This document shows, in pieces, positions 61,295 through 64,000 of a stretch of 64,000 nt of DNA. Each line of letters starts with the position of its first letter. Position 1 is the stretch's first letter. The notes under the pieces are model-generated. The model had not been told where the DNA came from, searched no databases, and was given only the letters and a program-made list of their open reading frames with translations. This DNA is from Candidatus Olsenella excrementavium. GTDB lineage: Bacteria; Actinomycetota; Coriobacteriia; Coriobacteriales; Atopobiaceae. The position numbers and the translations under genes were made by a program. The stretch is taken from positions 6,003 to 70,002 of the forward strand of contig DXCP01000016.1 in the NCBI GenBank assembly GCA_019115965.1, read 5' to 3'.

Positions 61295-62380
61295 CTACGC
61301 GAGCCCGTACGCATCGAGGGGCACAACCTCGGATGACGGCTCCTCGGGGAGGCTGTCCGCCGTCCGGCGCTCCCGATCACGGCCGTTCCAGTGGATGCCG
61401 TCGATGAGCTCGAGCTCGTCGTGCAGCCATGCTCGTCGTATCCGCCGTCGCAGTGCCTCGTCGCGGGTGAGGTGGGGCGGACTGACGCCGAGGTCGGAGC
61501 GCGCCCGCGCGACGATGTCGTCCATGTAGTCGAGGTCGTCGTAAAGGCTCTTGGTGAGAACGTAGTTCTTGAAGTCCACCGCGAGCATCTCGTTCTGGCG
61601 GCGCGCGTCGCGCTCGAAGGCGTCGGGGGTCCTGTGGATGCCGCCGTTGTAGTCGAACGAGACCCCGGAGAACGGCGCGTGCACGTTCGTGGAACCGAGA
61701 AGGACGTCCGGCTTCCTGGTTCCCGGGCCGAGCGCGGATCCGATACGCATGACCTCGAGTGGGGCATTCATGGAGAGGACTCTCAGGTGATAGCCGCCGA
61801 GCGCCGGCTTGAGCCCGAGGCGCATGGAGAGGCGCGTCTCGTAGGGCGATGCGGACCGCTCGCATGCGGCGGAAAGCGCCGAGCGGACCTGCGCCGTGCC
61901 GGAGACCGGCCCGAGCGCGTCGAGATGGGCGAGGACGCGCTCGCGCGTCGTGAGCGGTTGGCGCCGACTGAACATCCCTTCCTCGTGGTCCGGTGCGATG
62001 GCGTAAGTTCCCAGAAGCTCTCCGAGGAGGAAGATGACCTCCAGCCGGGTGAGCGAGGGTGCCATCTGGACGACGAGGTGCTCGGGGGAGGAGCAGTAGA
62101 TGTCGTTGGAGAGCCTGATTGCGGATCCGGCAGGAAGGGCCACGCGCGAGCGGTGCACGCATGCGAGCCGCGGCGAGACGGCGTGCCCCCTGCGCGCGGC
62201 GCTGACGTGCAGTGGCAAGGAGAGCTGCGGGAACTGGTCGAGGACGGCCATGAGCTCGGGCTTGCCGGGAGACTTCTCCGGCAACGGGACGGTCGCTCGC
62301 TCGCCGCGGTCGAGCAGGCTCTTCAGCGCCATGCTTCTGATGACCTCAAGTGCGGTGGTATGTGAGAGCAGGACTGACAT
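61295..62380 (-). CDS. AbiEi-like/DUF559-like putative nuclease (family B-associated)
   Basis: LSHTTAL, CSSPE, SASPYET, LGGY, RKPD, FDYNG..H, RDARRQN. Confidence 0.65.
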   Translation of the reverse strand: MSVLLSHTTALEVIRSMALKSLLDRGERATVPLPEKSPGKPELMAVLDQFPQLSLPLHVSAARRGHAVSPRLACVHRSRVALPAGSAIRLSNDIYCSSPEHLVVQMAPSLTRLEVIFLLGELLGTYAIAPDHEEGMFSRRQPLTTRERVLAHLDALGPVSGTAQVRSALSAACERSASPYETRLSMRLGLKPALGGYHLRVLSMNAPLEVMRIGSALGPGTRKPDVLLGSTNVHAPFSGVSFDYNGGIHRTPDAFERDARRQNEMLAVDFKNYVLTKSLYDDLDYMDDIVARARSDLGVSPPHLTRDEALRRRIRRAWLHDELELIDGIHWNGRDRERRTADSLPEEPSSEVVPLDAYGLA

Positions 62381-62618
62381 GCATACACCGTATCGCAGGC
62401 TCTGCGAGATTCCCGCTCATCGGAAAAAAGTGATTCCCCAACTGGCGGCAAGTTGCTCTCTGGCTTGCATGGCAGAACATCTTCCCTGCTCATGGGACTC
62501 ATCTCAACTTGTGAGGGCCACTGTGACGTCGTTTTGCTTCCTACGCTCGGCCGGCAAAGCGCCCCCGGTCGCCGGATGCGCGAAGAATCGCCGTCCTATT
62601 TCGTCTCACGAGGGACCA

Positions 62619-62839
62619 TCCGGGAATCTCCACGCTTGTCACGACCGCATCTAGAAAGTCGAACGTTTGTCGTCAGGCAATCTAGGATTCTTTGGCCTTG
62701 TACGGAGAAGTGGCGTCGTGTGCGTACAAGGGCTGCGTTCTCTAGAAACAACGGCGACAAGGACAACGATTCCAAGATCGGCCGAGGACAAGGTCGACGT
62801 TTCTTAGAACGACGCCTGACAAGGATGGCAATTCTTAGA
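62619..62839. repeat. Family B array B4 (3 forward + 4 inverted), upstream of nuclease-like gene
   Basis: Units at 62619, 62650, 62681; centre 62703-62724; inverted at 62725, 62756, 62787, 62818; partial GATAAG in register at 62849. Confidence 0.92.
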
Positions 62840-62857
62840 AGTTCAGCCGATAAGAAA

Positions 62858-62921
62858 CGCCCGCCGACGTTCCGGAAGGAAGTTCCGCGAAGCGCACTTC
62901 CTGGAGGAACGTCGGCGGGCG
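62858..62921. terminator. Long hairpin after ABC gene
   Basis: CGCCCGCCGACGTTCC...GGAACGTCGGCGGGCG. Confidence 0.55.
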
Positions 62922-62943
62922 TGGGTCGCTCGTGGGGGCTGGG

Positions 62944-64000
62944 CTACTCGAGCTCGAAGGCGCCGGTGTAGAGCTGGTAGTAGGTGCCCTTCTTTGCGAT
63001 TAGCTCGTCGTGCGTGCCGCGCTCGATGATGCGGCCGTGGTCGAGCACGATGATGACGTCGGAGTTGCGGACCGTGCTCAGGCGGTGCGCGATGACGAAC
63101 GTGGTGCGCCCGGTCATGAGCGCGTCCATGCCTCGCTGGACGATCGCCTCGGTGCGCGTGTCGATCGAGGACGTGGCCTCGTCCAGCACCATGACCGGCG
63201 GATCGGCCACCGCCGCGCGCGCGATGGAGAGCAGCTGGCGCTGTCCCTGCGACAGGTTGGAGCCGTTGTCCGTGAGCATGGTGTCGTAGCCGTCGGGGAG
63301 CCTGCGCACGAAGTCGTCGGCGCCGGCCAGGCGCGCAGCGGCGATGCACTCGTCATCCGTGGCGTCGAGGCGCCCGTAGCGGATGTTGTCCATGACGGTG
63401 CCCGTGAACAGGTTCACGTCCTGCAGGACGACGCCCAGGGACCGCCTCAGGTCGGGCTTCTTGATCTTGTTGATGTTGATGCCGTCGTAGCGGATCTTGC
63501 CGTCCTCTATGTCATAGAAGCGGTTCAGCAGGTTGGTGATCGTGGTCTTGCCCGCACCGGTGGCGCCCACGAAGGCGACCTTCTGGCCCGGCTTGGCGTA
63601 GAGCGAGACGTTGTGGAGCACGGTGTGTCCCGGCTCGTAGGCAAAGTCCACGTCGAAGAGGCGCACGTCGCCGGCGAGCGGGGTGTAGGTGACGCTGCCA
63701 TCGGCTTGGTGCGGGTGGCGCCAGGCCCACTGTCCCGCCCAGTCGTGGGCGCGACGGTCGCACTCGGTGACCTTGCCGTCGCGGTCGATCGTGCAGGCCA
63801 CGAGCTCGACGTAGCCCTCGTCCTCCTCGATGGGCTCGTCCAGCAGCTCGAAGATGCGCTCGGCGCCGGCGAGGCCCATGACGACGGAGTTCACCTGGTT
63901 GGAGATCTGGCCGATCTGATTAGCGAACTGCTTGGTCATGTTGAGGAACGGCACCGCCACGGCAATCGTGAGCGGCAGACCCGAGATCGAGGGGTTGGGG
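62944..64000 (-). CDS. ABC exporter ATP-binding/permease, 5' part outside window
   Basis: GATGAGKT, LSQGQRQ, LDEATS, YYQLYTG. Confidence 0.9.
   Translation of the reverse strand, partial: PNPSISGLPLTIAVAVPFLNMTKQFANQIGQISNQVNSVVMGLAGAERIFELLDEPIEEDEGYVELVACTIDRDGKVTECDRRAHDWAGQWAWRHPHQADGSVTYTPLAGDVRLFDVDFAYEPGHTVLHNVSLYAKPGQKVAFVGATGAGKTTITNLLNRFYDIEDGKIRYDGININKIKKPDLRRSLGVVLQDVNLFTGTVMDNIRYGRLDATDDECIAAARLAGADDFVRRLPDGYDTMLTDNGSNLSQGQRQLLSIARAAVADPPVMVLDEATSSIDTRTEAIVQRGMDALMTGRTTFVIAHRLSTVRNSDVIIVLDHGRIIERGTHDELIAKKGTYYQLYTGAFELE

Noticed and set aside
61061-62839. Family B arrays as CRISPR or TIGR-Tas arrays
   Set aside because: Spacers are only 9 bp, units invert mid-array and are internally variable, no cas gene is present, and the adjacent protein shows no recognisable Nop domain; no box C/D motifs are evident

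Overview
High-GC chromosomal window from what looks like a Coriobacteriia (Olsenella/Atopobiaceae-like) bacterium; the taxon is inferred from gene content and protein style only. Most of it is housekeeping or accessory metabolism: the end of an opp operon, five tRNAs, an RsbU-type phosphatase plus a STAS/anti-sigma kinase fusion, iscS-mnmA-ybaK, an ECF sigma/anti-sigma pair, ABC and ECF transporters, a xanthine dehydrogenase-family molybdoenzyme, a cadA-type operon, a two-component system with an FtsX-type ABC, cstA and trpB2. No transposase, integrase, prophage or CRISPR-cas was seen. The most unusual signal is intergenic: several families of palindromic repeat arrays with fixed geometry. Two of them lie directly beside two distantly related AbiEi-like/DUF559-like (PD-(D/E)XK-type) putative nuclease genes and also occur as orphan copies elsewhere, which resembles a REP/RAYT system but with a different protein. 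Family A is a 110-bp double hairpin (3 copies). Family B is an array of 22-bp units with a 31-bp period that inverts around a 22-bp centre (4 copies). Other notable items are an orphan VanA-like (FRIH motif) D-Ala ligase, an unannotated Trp-Trp-Trp leader peptide and attenuator on trpB2, a possible attenuator in front of an hdeD-like gene, and an iterated intergenic 12-mer GGCGAGAAGAAC. All family assignments are by eye from motifs; no searches were run.
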